From Ignisphaera sp. (lineage in GTDB: Archaea > Thermoproteota > Thermoprotei_A > Sulfolobales > Ignisphaeraceae): a DNA stretch of 61,262 nucleotides. The stretch lies in assembly GCA_038821645.1 (NCBI GenBank), contig JAWBDT010000011.1, positions 1 to 61,262 of the forward strand. Reading direction: 5' to 3'. The position numbers and the translations under genes were made by a program. Shown here in pieces: positions 1-9,605 of the stretch; position 1 is the first letter of the stretch; each line of letters opens with the position of its first letter. The notes beneath the pieces were generated by a model. The model saw only the letters and a program-made list of their open reading frames with translations. It was not told where the DNA came from and did not search any database.

Positions 1-1154
1 GGCATTATTGATACATTTATGCCTGTTTTTACGTATCCCCCTATTATTGCACCCATTTTTCTTCTTCCTGTATCTATTCTTATTCCATCAACAGATACCT
101 TAACTGTTTTTTCATCAAATCTTAGGTTTGCAATTATTGTTCCTGCACCAAGATTAGTGTTCTCCCCTATAACACTATCACCTATGTATGTTAGATGAGC
201 TGCATGTGTTTTTTCGAGCAATATGCTTTCTTTTACCTCAACAGAGAAACCTATATGACCTTCTCTTTCTATTGAAGTATATGGTCTTAGATAGCTATTG
301 GGCCCTATTACAGCATCCCTGCCTATATATACAGGCCCCTCTATATAGGTGGACCCTTTAACAATTGCCCCTTCATCTATTACTATAGCTCCTTTAATAG
401 TTACACCATGCTCTATTTCGCCCTTAATAACTCTTGATTTGATGCTTGAAAGCTCGAGTTTAATAGATTTCAAGAGGTCCCATGGATATCCTATGTCTTG
501 CCACCATTCATTCTCGATTTTAATAAATCTGAACGTGTATCCTTTTTTGTTAGCTATATATATTAGATCCGTTAATTCATATTCTCTTCTGGGAGATAAA
601 GCTATCTCTTCTACAAGCTTAAGAACACTACTTTTAATAACATATATACCTGCATTAATTAAACCTCTACCACCTTCAGAAGGTTTCTCAATCACGCTTA
701 GTACTCTATCACCATCAACTACAAGCTTACCATATCGAGAAACATTATCAACTTCTACACCCATGATATAATTATCTCTACGTTTAACAACATCAATAAG
801 GCTTGGTAGAATCTTTGTAGGCTGAATGTATGTATCTCCATAACTTATAACAGCATCATCTTCATATTTTCTTAAAACAACCTTAACTGCATCACCTGTA
901 CCAAGTTCTTCCTTCTGATCAACAAAATCCACATCTACACCAATATCATTAGCTATATCCTTGACAACCTCTATAACCTTTTCTCTAAAATGAGATACTA
1001 CAACAACCACCTTCTCAACACCTAGCTTCTTCATCAAATCGATATGTCTATAGATAATCGGTTGTCCAAGAATAGGGAGAAGAACCTTAGAACGTGTCTC
1101 TGTTAGTGGATGTAATCTCTTACCTTTTCCAGCAGCTAGCACAATACCTATCAA
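1..1154 (-). CDS. Bifunctional sugar-1-phosphate nucleotidylyltransferase/acetyltransferase (GlmU-like), 3' end outside window
   Basis: Read manually on minus strand: TTG start, MIGIVLAAGKGKRLHPLTETRSKVLLP nucleotidyltransferase motif; C-terminal hexapeptide region (HAAHLTYIGDSVIGENTNLGAGT); not in ORF track. Confidence 0.88.
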   Translation of the reverse strand, partial: MIGIVLAAGKGKRLHPLTETRSKVLLPILGQPIIYRHIDLMKKLGVEKVVVVVSHFREKVIEVVKDIANDIGVDVDFVDQKEELGTGDAVKVVLRKYEDDAVISYGDTYIQPTKILPSLIDVVKRRDNYIMGVEVDNVSRYGKLVVDGDRVLSVIEKPSEGGRGLINAGIYVIKSSVLKLVEEIALSPRREYELTDLIYIANKKGYTFRFIKIENEWWQDIGYPWDLLKSIKLELSSIKSRVIKGEIEHGVTIKGAIVIDEGAIVKGSTYIEGPVYIGRDAVIGPNSYLRPYTSIEREGHIGFSVEVKESILLEKTHAAHLTYIGDSVIGENTNLGAGTIIANLRFDEKTVKVSVDGIRIDTGRRKMGAIIGGYVKTGINVSIM

Positions 1155-1530
1155 AACCTTCACCCCACATTAACGATCCATACAACTTCCTATTAAATTC
1201 TGAAGCTTATATGAAAATGAAAAGTTTAAAATCATATTCTCTCTAGCGATGATATAACGTATTGGTCTAAAATGTATCATTTTTACCTAAATCATGAAAC
1301 TTAATGAATGTAGACAAAATTCAAATAGTACATCATATATATCTTTACCATAACTACCTTAAATACTTTTCATTATACTGAATAATAACTTTAAACAGCT
1401 ATTGTATCAATGTATTGATAAACATGTGTTCTGATATAGCTAATGCTATTCGTAACTAACACAAAAGGACTGCAGTAAAGTAATTTATGGACTTATCCAA
1501 CAATATTTAAACATAACAAAACAGATTCTC

Positions 1531-2193
1531 TTAAAGAAATGTTGCTTCTAAAACATTTGGTTTAGGAGTTATAACAGCCTTTCTTGGACCTTCTGCTGTA
1601 GGTACCGCTAACAGCTTAGATTTAACAAATTCAACCTTTCTTACTGGATATATCTTCTTAACCTCATTGAATATTGCTTGAGCAAAATCTCCAAAAATCA
1701 TACCATTTATAAATTCATCAAAAGTTTTTTCAGATGCTATCTTTGCTACAAGCTCCATCATTATCTTCCTTATACTATGTTTTTGACTAGTGTTACATCT
1801 ATATGTAGTCCATGTTGCAACAGTAGGCCTAATTACATACCCATCCTTGGTTGTAACATTAAATATTGCTACAATTTTGCTACTCTTTCTTCTCGTCAAG
1901 CTTCTAACATAGTCTCTAGCAAGTTCATGTCCTTTAAATATAGTATATGCTTCTTCTTTTTCTGGATCAACTTTGTATATCTGTAAATATAAATGAACAT
2001 GTACTTGTGTTATATCTCCAGTTAAGTCATATAGTGTTATCTCGATAACTCGGCCAAGTAGTTTCCAGGGCTCATCACTAGGTGTTGAAGTAACTGGTAT
2101 GAACCCAAATACTTGTGGCGATATAATTGTATACCATTTTTTAAGTCTCCATCTCTCTCTACCAGTCAATCTGAACTTTGTTGTACTAGACAT
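1531..2193 (-). CDS. rps3ae: 30S ribosomal protein S3Ae (eS1)
   Basis: KKWYTIISP, GRVIEITLYDLTGD, DYVRSLTRR, KKIYPVRKVE motifs. Confidence 0.96.
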   Translation of the reverse strand: MSSTTKFRLTGRERWRLKKWYTIISPQVFGFIPVTSTPSDEPWKLLGRVIEITLYDLTGDITQVHVHLYLQIYKVDPEKEEAYTIFKGHELARDYVRSLTRRKSSKIVAIFNVTTKDGYVIRPTVATWTTYRCNTSQKHSIRKIMMELVAKIASEKTFDEFINGMIFGDFAQAIFNEVKKIYPVRKVEFVKSKLLAVPTAEGPRKAVITPKPNVLEATFL

Positions 2194-2254
2194 ACAGTAC
2201 TACCTTTTACAACCCTACCATAATTTGGGTATAGCTTAAAAGCCTTTCTTAGAA

Positions 2255-2521
2255 TCATTTACTTTGACTGTACTCTGATAACACTTTTACTGTTTTTATT
2301 GCTATTGATACATGTTCCAATATATCGTCTATAGTATTTCTAAGAGTTAGTAGTCTAGTGCTTGAGAATGTTGTTTGTACCATTAAGGTATCATTAATGC
2401 ATTCCATCTTTATAGATATTCCATACGGAGCAGAATGGTTATCGGGTTCTATAGCTGACAATACATTCAAACATCTTTCATTACTAGCTGTATATATATT
2501 GATCTCTACATATGTATTCAT
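2255..2521 (-). CDS. pcc1: KEOPS complex subunit Pcc1
   Basis: 88 aa, AIEPDN and LRNTIDDIL motifs; conserved position upstream of rps3ae. Confidence 0.8.
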   Translation of the reverse strand: MNTYVEINIYTASNERCLNVLSAIEPDNHSAPYGISIKMECINDTLMVQTTFSSTRLLTLRNTIDDILEHVSIAIKTVKVLSEYSQSK

Positions 2522-3672
2522 TTGAATACATCTCCTAACGCTTGTAGAGAACTAAATACAACATAACTCTTCTCTATATTAAGTTCTTTATCGTAAGGCC
2601 ATCTAGATGCAACAAATGGTAAAGGTAATAGAAATTCTTTACCATTGGTAAAAACAGCAACATCTTCTACTAATCCTAAAGCCTTCAGAATCCTGTACGA
2701 AGTATAGAGTGGAGGAGTGAAGGACAATGAAGAAATATCTATCAAACTAAGTTTAACACCTCTAACTATCATTTTCTTAATATTACCATCTATAGATATA
2801 TCGATAATCCCCCTTAGGCTTTCTGAAACATAATCATAAGCCCCTTTGATTACATCTAAAATTTTGTTATCTATACATAGATAAAGTAGAGGATCCAAAC
2901 CCACTAAATCGAAATAACTATACAACATGTATACCGCTTCATAAATATCATCAACTATATCTGTTTCCTTTAGAACAATCCTGGGACCTATGATAGAGAC
3001 TCCTGATTTATTGTATTGAGCTAGTACATTATTTAATGCATTCACAAGTTTTGTTTTAGCTTCTTCAGTCGAAAGAGAACCTCCTATGCTTTCCAAAAGC
3101 TTTTTGCTACCCTCATAGTTTAGCGATACCCCTACTACATATGGATCTATTGTCTTTGCAAGTGCTTCAACTACATCTCTTTTTGGATATCCAAACAATC
3201 TTATAGTGTCTATGAATGTATAGAGATTCTTATCTACTGCTTCTTCTATAATATTTTTATGTAAATCAATTAGATTTTGATCATATACCGTACCCCTACT
3301 TATGGACAACATTGCTACTAAAGATAAGAGCTCGATGTACCTAGGCAGAATGAGTATCTTCTTCAATTCTTTTAACATATATAATGTAGTTGAAGCCATT
3401 ATCTTAGGATCTTTACCCAGAATATCATCAATTTGATAAACCTTTAATCCAGATACAGGTGTTTTTTGGAAAACCTTTACAAGTACTACCAGAGCTTCAG
3501 AATCATATAGTTTTGATGCTGCATAAAACGGCGCTAGATATATTTCTATTTCCTCATCTTTAGCGATCCGTAACAACATAGATGAGGTTATTATGGAGTC
3601 AAGATCTATAGAATAAATTACATATATACGTTTAAAGCTCTTTATATGCTGTATAAGACTTAGAGATGACAT
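2518..3672 (-). CDS. Degenerate DHH/RecJ-like family protein
   Basis: Occupies the DHH-gene slot between rps15 and pcc1; motif-I remnant SIDLDS and IDPYVVGVS; no DHH tripeptide. Confidence 0.6.
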   Translation of the reverse strand: MSSLSLIQHIKSFKRIYVIYSIDLDSIITSSMLLRIAKDEEIEIYLAPFYAASKLYDSEALVVLVKVFQKTPVSGLKVYQIDDILGKDPKIMASTTLYMLKELKKILILPRYIELLSLVAMLSISRGTVYDQNLIDLHKNIIEEAVDKNLYTFIDTIRLFGYPKRDVVEALAKTIDPYVVGVSLNYEGSKKLLESIGGSLSTEEAKTKLVNALNNVLAQYNKSGVSIIGPRIVLKETDIVDDIYEAVYMLYSYFDLVGLDPLLYLCIDNKILDVIKGAYDYVSESLRGIIDISIDGNIKKMIVRGVKLSLIDISSLSFTPPLYTSYRILKALGLVEDVAVFTNGKEFLLPLPFVASRWPYDKELNIEKSYVVFSSLQALGDVFK

Positions 3673-3700
3673 TGCCTTATCCTAAGCTTGATTACCAGTC

Positions 3701-4213
3701 CTAAGCTCCTTGAGTAGCTGATTGAGATTCTTGCAACACTTGTGCACCTAGACCCATGTATTGAGATACCCATATCTCTGCTTTTTCTGGAGAATACTCA
3801 AAATCTTGTGGCAACTTTCCAACTCTCTTGTAATACTTTATCATAGATTTTATCTTCGATTCCGTTTCTATTAATCCACGTAAACTAGCAGTATCTTTAG
3901 GATGTTCAGATATATGTCTCCTAAGATTTACTGCCTTGGCCATAAGCCTCAATAGATCTTCAGGTATTGGATATTTAATACCAAATTTCTCTAGAAGTTT
4001 TGTCAACTTCATACCTGTTACACTTTTTGTCAACGGTATACCATACTGATCCCTCAGTATAACACCTATCATAGATGGTGTATAGCCCATTCTAGCTAAT
4101 TCTGCTGCAAGTGCTCCTATTTCTTCTACACTATATCTAACCCATTTTGGGGGCCCTACTCTAACAGGTCTTGTAGAGTGTGCTTGACCTTTATCTCTCT
4201 TTTTACCGGCCAT
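3701..4213 (-). CDS. rps15: 30S ribosomal protein S15 (uS15)
   Basis: [35 protein letters not shown] motifs. Confidence 0.97.
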   Translation of the reverse strand: MAGKKRDKGQAHSTRPVRVGPPKWVRYSVEEIGALAAELARMGYTPSMIGVILRDQYGIPLTKSVTGMKLTKLLEKFGIKYPIPEDLLRLMAKAVNLRRHISEHPKDTASLRGLIETESKIKSMIKYYKRVGKLPQDFEYSPEKAEIWVSQYMGLGAQVLQESQSATQGA

Positions 4214-4245
4214 AGATTAACAGCCCTATACCAATAACCATTTAT

Positions 4246-4845
4246 TTAGAGCACTATGTATTTAAGCTTATCTATATTCATATTTATCCACATCCCCAAC
4301 AATCTAAAAGCTTTTCCTCTATGCGAATACATGTTCTTCTCATGGATATCCATTTCGGCAAAAGTTTTACCTTCACCTTCTTTTGGCACAAATATAGGGT
4401 CATAGCCAAATCCTTTTGAGCCTCTAATCTCAAAAGCTATGTATCCTTCTACAACACCTTTAAAGGTTAGAACCATATCTTCTCTTAAAGCTAAAGCAAC
4501 CACAGCTTCAAATACTGCTTTACGATTGTTTTCACCTTGTAGAAGTTTTAATATTCCTTTTAACCCTATGGTTTTATAGACATAACTGCTGTAAGGACCC
4601 GGGAAACCGTTTAGCGCATCTATAAATAAACCAGAATCTTCCACAATGACAGGTTTCCTTATCTGCTTGTATACATGTATAGCTGAGTATCTAGCTATAT
4701 CTTCTAGAGATGTACTCTGAATCTCTATTTTTTCAGCATCTATACGTTCTAGAAAAACTCCATAACTACTCAGTATCTCTTTAGCTTCATTAAACTTACC
4801 AATGTTGTTTGTAACAAAGTATAGCTTAATCATTATGTTCTCCAT
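4246..4845 (-). CDS. rdgB: XTP/dITP diphosphatase (RdgB/HAM1)
   Basis: FVTNNIGK, EDSGLFIDALNGFPGPYS, GFGYDPIF, SHRGKA. Confidence 0.95.
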   Translation of the reverse strand: MENIMIKLYFVTNNIGKFNEAKEILSSYGVFLERIDAEKIEIQSTSLEDIARYSAIHVYKQIRKPVIVEDSGLFIDALNGFPGPYSSYVYKTIGLKGILKLLQGENNRKAVFEAVVALALREDMVLTFKGVVEGYIAFEIRGSKGFGYDPIFVPKEGEGKTFAEMDIHEKNMYSHRGKAFRLLGMWINMNIDKLKYIVL

Positions 4846-5591
4846 ATACTCTTTATCTTTCTTTCAGCTACATATCTACCCATCTTCCTTATATTATTGA
4901 CCGTCTCTAGAACTTTTTCCGTATAGTCTCCCCTAATTTGTCTGTATCCCTCAATAAAACATTTTTTCGCTAAATCTTCGAAATTGTGATGAGTGCTTTC
5001 TATTGATCGAAAGAATATATGTACATCGATAGCCTGATCCTCTAATCTGCTAGTGAAGTTTGTTAATCCAAAATCTATTATATAAACATTCTTACTATCT
5101 TTCTCGAGCAATATATTGCTTGTTGTTATATCTCCATGAACTATAGAGTTCTTATGTAATTTTGCTACATACAACCCTATCTTTCTGCATACCTCACATA
5201 CATTCTCAATAGATAAACTATCCATTGAGTCTCGTAGTGAAACCCCATCTATGAAACTCATTATTAGTAGACCAGCATCATCATCTATATAAAGCGGTAT
5301 AGGCACCTTAATACCGATGGCTATAGACTTGAATAAGGCTTTAGCTTCTGTAGAAGTTCTAATTTTTCTAAACTCATTATCAAGATGTTGCGGCATATAT
5401 GGCTTAGGAAATCTCCACTTTATAATTACATCAATATCAAGGAATACAGCTTTAGCTATAATAGCTTCAGCACCCATAGCTATTATCTTCACATCCTTAA
5501 GCATATCTTTAATCTCTTCACCATTTGGTAAAACTAAAAGTATACGTTCATTTAAAAGACTTGATAAAACTTTCTTCAAATCTATCTCCAA
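4833..5591 (-). CDS. bud32: KEOPS kinase Bud32
   Basis: GAEA, KWRFPKPY, HGDITTSN, IDFGL; follows kae1. Confidence 0.95.
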   Translation of the reverse strand: MEIDLKKVLSSLLNERILLVLPNGEEIKDMLKDVKIIAMGAEAIIAKAVFLDIDVIIKWRFPKPYMPQHLDNEFRKIRTSTEAKALFKSIAIGIKVPIPLYIDDDAGLLIMSFIDGVSLRDSMDSLSIENVCEVCRKIGLYVAKLHKNSIVHGDITTSNILLEKDSKNVYIIDFGLTNFTSRLEDQAIDVHIFFRSIESTHHNFEDLAKKCFIEGYRQIRGDYTEKVLETVNNIRKMGRYVAERKIKSIWRT

Positions 5592-6583
5592 ATAATATCA
5601 ACCTCATCGACTCTCCATCTCTGATTAACTATAGCTTTTCGTGGCTCTATTGTTATACCGGATTTATACTCCAATAGCCCTGTCCAAGCAATCATAACAC
5701 CATTATCTACAGCATACTCAGGAGGTACTACTCCCAGATTTGCTCCATATACATGTGCTAATTCTTCAAACTTATTTCTCAAAATAGGGCTTGCAGCAAC
5801 TCCGCCTACAACCATAATCTCTTTCTTCTTTGTATGCATAAGAGCTCTTGCAGATACTTCGATAATACTGTTATAAGCTATCTCTCTAACAGTTAGACAT
5901 ATATCATGTATATCTACACCACGTCTATAGACTTTAAGCGCAGCTGTGTATAAACCTGAGAAAGATACATCCTGTCCCCTTACAACATATGGTAGTTCTT
6001 CAATTATATTCCTACCTTTTTCAGCACATACATCAATAACATGAAATCCGTTAACTATATATGGTGGAGCTAATCCCATATCACGAGCTAGCGAATCTAA
6101 AAGATTTCCTAAAGCAATATCTATTGTTTCCCCGAAAACCCTATATCTTTTCTCTACAAGAGCTACTATAGCTGTATTCCCACCAGAGAGATACACAATA
6201 ACTGGATCCTTTAAGCCCGTAGTCTTCAGCCCTATCTCTATATGAGCAACAGCATGATTTACAGGAACAAGTGCTTTACCTAGATATACAGCCAATGCTC
6301 TAGCTATTGTTGCTCCAACCCTAAGACATGGTCCTAATCCCGGTCCTAATGCAACAGCTATAGCATCTATGAATCTCGGATTTATATCTACTTTAGCTAG
6401 TGCTTTTTCAATAGCTTTTGGACCATTTTCAGCAAAATATCTTGATGCTTCTCTAGGATGTATACCTCCTTCTTTTGGTATATACCTAATTCTTTCATCC
6501 GCAAGAACAAAATCTTCATCTTTATCTATTACAATTCCTATACCAAAAGTATGTGCTGTAGATTCTATCCCTAATACAATCAC
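5582..6583 (-). CDS. kae1: tRNA N6-threonylcarbamoyltransferase Kae1
   Basis: LGIESTAHTFG, GGIHPRE, VNHAVAHIE, SGGNT, DNGVMIAW. Confidence 0.97.
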   Translation of the reverse strand: MIVLGIESTAHTFGIGIVIDKDEDFVLADERIRYIPKEGGIHPREASRYFAENGPKAIEKALAKVDINPRFIDAIAVALGPGLGPCLRVGATIARALAVYLGKALVPVNHAVAHIEIGLKTTGLKDPVIVYLSGGNTAIVALVEKRYRVFGETIDIALGNLLDSLARDMGLAPPYIVNGFHVIDVCAEKGRNIIEELPYVVRGQDVSFSGLYTAALKVYRRGVDIHDICLTVREIAYNSIIEVSARALMHTKKKEIMVVGGVAASPILRNKFEELAHVYGANLGVVPPEYAVDNGVMIAWTGLLEYKSGITIEPRKAIVNQRWRVDEVDIIWR

Positions 6584-6771
6584 TTCGCTTTTTCCTCAAT
6601 AAATAATGTATAGTTACATTTACCACAATGCCAACGAGTTCTACCAACTCTATGAAATGCCATTACTGAGCCACATCGTGGGCAAAGCCTATTTTTAAGC
6701 TTTATCTTTCCTGTGCTATAGTCATATTCATAGAGGCTTGATCTGTACATCGACTTTGTATCCTTAGGCAT
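6580..6771 (-). CDS. rps27ae: 30S ribosomal protein S27ae (eS31)
   Basis: CPRCG..MAFH..RWHCGKC zinc ribbon. Confidence 0.95.
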   Translation of the reverse strand: MPKDTKSMYRSSLYEYDYSTGKIKLKNRLCPRCGSVMAFHRVGRTRWHCGKCNYTLFIEEKAK

Positions 6772-6788
6772 CTAGAATCACCATCACT

Positions 6789-7133
6789 CTATACTTGCAC
6801 ATTATTCCTTCTCAATATATGCTTTAGTTCAACTCTCTTCATATAGTCTATATCACTATATACATGTATGTGGGCCATTGATGTACCTATACCGTATCTA
6901 CTCTTTATGTTTTTAACAATAACATTTTCTTCAGGTACATTATATAAGTTAACTATAACGTTCTTTAACAAACTTCTTGATGGCGTTCCACCAAATACGT
7001 GATCTATGTATAGATCCAGCTCTATTCTTTTCAATAATCTATTCACACTTTCATTCATTATTGTTATCGATGTTTTTTCATCTAATTTAATTGCTTTACC
7101 TTTCTTACCCAGTTTTTTCTCTAGCTCCATCAC
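6789..7133 (-). CDS. rps24e: 30S ribosomal protein S24e
   Basis: NRLLKRIE, GTPSR, YGIG, ELKHILRRN. Confidence 0.92.
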   Translation of the reverse strand: MMELEKKLGKKGKAIKLDEKTSITIMNESVNRLLKRIELDLYIDHVFGGTPSRSLLKNVIVNLYNVPEENVIVKNIKSRYGIGTSMAHIHVYSDIDYMKRVELKHILRRNNVQV

Positions 7134-7169
7134 TACACACCTATCGTTATTTAAACCTTAGAGACAAAA

Positions 7170-7379
7170 TTATGCACCAACTTTTAAAGCGTATCTACCA
7201 GGTGTTTTTATGTTTAAAATCTTTGCTACTTCAGATTTCTGAGGATCTACTACAATAACTATGCCACTCCACTCATGTGTGAATTCATTTGATCCACATA
7301 TAGGACACTTCTCTTCATCAGGTTTAACAAGAGCTTTGCATCTTAAACACGCTTTAAAAGTCTTGATACCCTTGCTCAT
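7170..7379 (-). CDS. spt4: Transcription elongation factor Spt4 (RpoE2)
   Basis: ACLRCK..CPICGS..WSG..SEVAKIL..PGRYALKV. Confidence 0.95.
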   Translation of the reverse strand: MSKGIKTFKACLRCKALVKPDEEKCPICGSNEFTHEWSGIVIVVDPQKSEVAKILNIKTPGRYALKVGA

Positions 7380-7457
7380 ACTGCACACCTGCTGTAAACT
7401 TATTCAGTTTATTTAGTTCAAAACTTTTACTGTATAGCAAATATTGAGGTTAAAAAT

Positions 7458-8210
7458 ATGTGGTTAAACGAAAGTTGTAGAATAGTTGTTTTCTCGAATT
7501 GTATAGATAACTATCTTGGTGGAAATGTTCTCGAGTATTTGAAGAAAGTGTTCATGCTTTCACACAAAACTCGCACATATATAGTCATAGAGCCCAGCAT
7601 TATACCAATAAGAGTGGGTGACATAAAGAGATCAATAGCTATAGAGCCTCTATCAATTGTGATATGTAATACCGAAGAAGATAGCTTCGTAGAGTTTGGA
7701 TACAGTATTGCTGAACCTATATGGCTAGAGACAGTAGAGGTGATTCCTTATTCTCGTAGCGATCTTTGTGGAACAGCTAAAACCCTGGGCCTTGATGCCG
7801 TTATTAAAAAAGATAATAAAATTGGTGTACCCTACTTATGTATAGACAGCAGTTACATCGATAAAGAGACTGTAACTGAAATAATTGGTGGTGGTTTTAT
7901 TGAGCTAGAAAATAAACCTATTGTTAATTCAAAATGTAAGTTAGAGATAAAAATCTCTAACGACTGGATATCATTGTTTGTGAAATCCATTTTGAATACA
8001 TATATCCATGAAGTAGAAAAATGTAGATACAGCACAATAAACCTAGATAAATCACTTTATCCCTACTCCAAGACTTTAGTATCAATTGATAAAGAACCTG
8101 TAGTAGTCAAAATAGGGAAGGGATACATATTCTCCATAGGTATTGAGAACATTATTTCATTAACACTCTATGCCCTTCTCATACTCATCACCTTTACAAA
8201 ATCTAGTTGA
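7458..8210 (+). CDS. Hypothetical protein
   Basis: 250-aa ORF with GAGG RBS; no motif recognised. Confidence 0.55.
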   Translation: MWLNESCRIVVFSNCIDNYLGGNVLEYLKKVFMLSHKTRTYIVIEPSIIPIRVGDIKRSIAIEPLSIVICNTEEDSFVEFGYSIAEPIWLETVEVIPYSRSDLCGTAKTLGLDAVIKKDNKIGVPYLCIDSSYIDKETVTEIIGGGFIELENKPIVNSKCKLEIKISNDWISLFVKSILNTYIHEVEKCRYSTINLDKSLYPYSKTLVSIDKEPVVVKIGKGYIFSIGIENIISLTLYALLILITFTKSS

Positions 8211-8228
8211 ATGCATCATACGCAATAG

Positions 8229-8281
8229 CATCAGACTGAGGCCCTTCATCACACATCAGCGCTTTTAACCAACATCATCTA
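8229..8281 (-). ncRNA. Box C/D methylation guide sRNA
   Basis: Minus strand: C ATGATGT (8272-78), guide TGGTTAAAAGCG, D' CTGA (8256-59), C' GTGATGA (8246-52), guide AGGGCCTCAGT, D CTGA (8231-34); GC-richer than intergenic flanks. Confidence 0.85.
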
Positions 8282-8381
8282 CTTGTATATTCGATATATT
8301 TACACTATTAAGAAGCAAATAATTTTGACTCTCTATATATTATATTATTATGTATATTAAAAACAAACACTGTACACTCTA

Positions 8382-8630
8382 TTATATGAGTACTGCAATA
8401 GTTATCAGAGCTAAGCCTAAGAGTAGTACGAAGATACCGAGGTATTTAACTCTCATATTCAGAAATGCTTTACCCACCTTAACAAGCGCTACAATTAAGT
8501 AATACATTACCACTATAGCTATAAGTATTATGCCTATCCATGCTAATGTATATGCTGTACCTGTCGTCATTCCGCTTAATTTATTAGCTATAGAGCTGAA
8601 TATTTGAACAACTTCTTCAACGCCCATCAC
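8382..8630 (-). CDS. Small membrane protein (2 predicted TM helices)
   Basis: Two long hydrophobic stretches in 82 aa. Confidence 0.65.
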   Translation of the reverse strand: MMGVEEVVQIFSSIANKLSGMTTGTAYTLAWIGIILIAIVVMYYLIVALVKVGKAFLNMRVKYLGIFVLLLGLALITIAVLI

Positions 8631-8790
8631 TGTTCGCCAATAATTAGCTACACCTTTCTGTTTATTAAAAATGTGTAGCTAATCAAAGCATTTACAATAC
8701 TTTTCTGTAACAAAACTTATATACAACTTATTAGTTATTCATCTATATAAAGTTTCAGGAAAACGGAATCTAGAGTGATATCGAAGGTAG

Positions 8791-9219
8791 ATGACTTTGA
8801 AGATACTTATAATACGATCAGAAGAAGGTGTGATAAAAGAACATCAAATAGTTGAAGGAACATTAGATAAATCTCTCAAAGAGACCGTAATTAAAGCACT
8901 TGAGTTATGGAATCCTCAAAAGTCTGATCTTGTTGTTGTTAGACATAAACATGAAGTAAATGTGAATTTACCGATAACGAAAGAACAATATGAACTTTAT
9001 TCACAATTCAATCTTAAGAGATTTGGAGATAAAGCTGTATTTGAGATCCCTATATACATTATCAGTTTTGAAAATGAATGGATTGAGGATCAGATTAGAG
9101 ACTCTAAAGTTTTTGTAGTTGCTCCATATATTGATGAAGTTACTTCTAGTAAGGTTCTCGAACTTGCTAAAAACATTACATCTGAAGAAGAATCTGAAGA
9201 AGAACTTGAAGAAGAATGA
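8791..9219 (+). CDS. Conserved crenarchaeal protein (DUF2286-like)
   Basis: ALELWNPQKSDLVV, IPIYIISFENEW, VFVVAPYID; acidic tail. Confidence 0.65.
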   Translation: MTLKILIIRSEEGVIKEHQIVEGTLDKSLKETVIKALELWNPQKSDLVVVRHKHEVNVNLPITKEQYELYSQFNLKRFGDKAVFEIPIYIISFENEWIEDQIRDSKVFVVAPYIDEVTSSKVLELAKNITSEEESEEELEEE

Positions 9220-9241
9220 TGTTTTATATATTTAATAATCT

Positions 9242-9547
9242 TTATAGACCTAGTTTTTCTTTGACTTCTTTTAACGCTTTTTCGTAATCTAGCTCTAAGG
9301 TTTTTTCATTTATTGGGAATTTCGTCAATATTGGTTTTATTTCACCATCAACTACAGCAAATAGTTGGGGAAGCCAGGACATTCCAAATTCATCTTTTTC
9401 TCCATATGCACTTACAAATACATAATCTTCCTCACGTATCTCTAGATCTATTTTAAGCTCTTTTGATAGTTCTTCGGCTAATTTTTTAAAATGTTTATGT
9501 TGAGGCATATGAGTAGCTGTTACAAGTATAAACTTTTCTATAGCCAT
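9242..9547 (-). CDS. Conserved crenarchaeal protein, possibly thioredoxin-like without CxxC
   Basis: EEDYVFV..YGEKDEFGMSWLPQLF. Confidence 0.6.
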   Translation of the reverse strand: MAIEKFILVTATHMPQHKHFKKLAEELSKELKIDLEIREEDYVFVSAYGEKDEFGMSWLPQLFAVVDGEIKPILTKFPINEKTLELDYEKALKEVKEKLGL

Positions 9548-9605
9548 ATTATCTCACAACTAGAGTGTGGTATACACTAGGTTATAAGTTGATTTGGTTT
9601 CAAAA

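Noticed and set aside
349-771. 140-aa plus-strand ORF and the many other short track ORFs inside genes
   Set aside because: Antisense or alternative-frame shadows of well-supported genes, with no motifs
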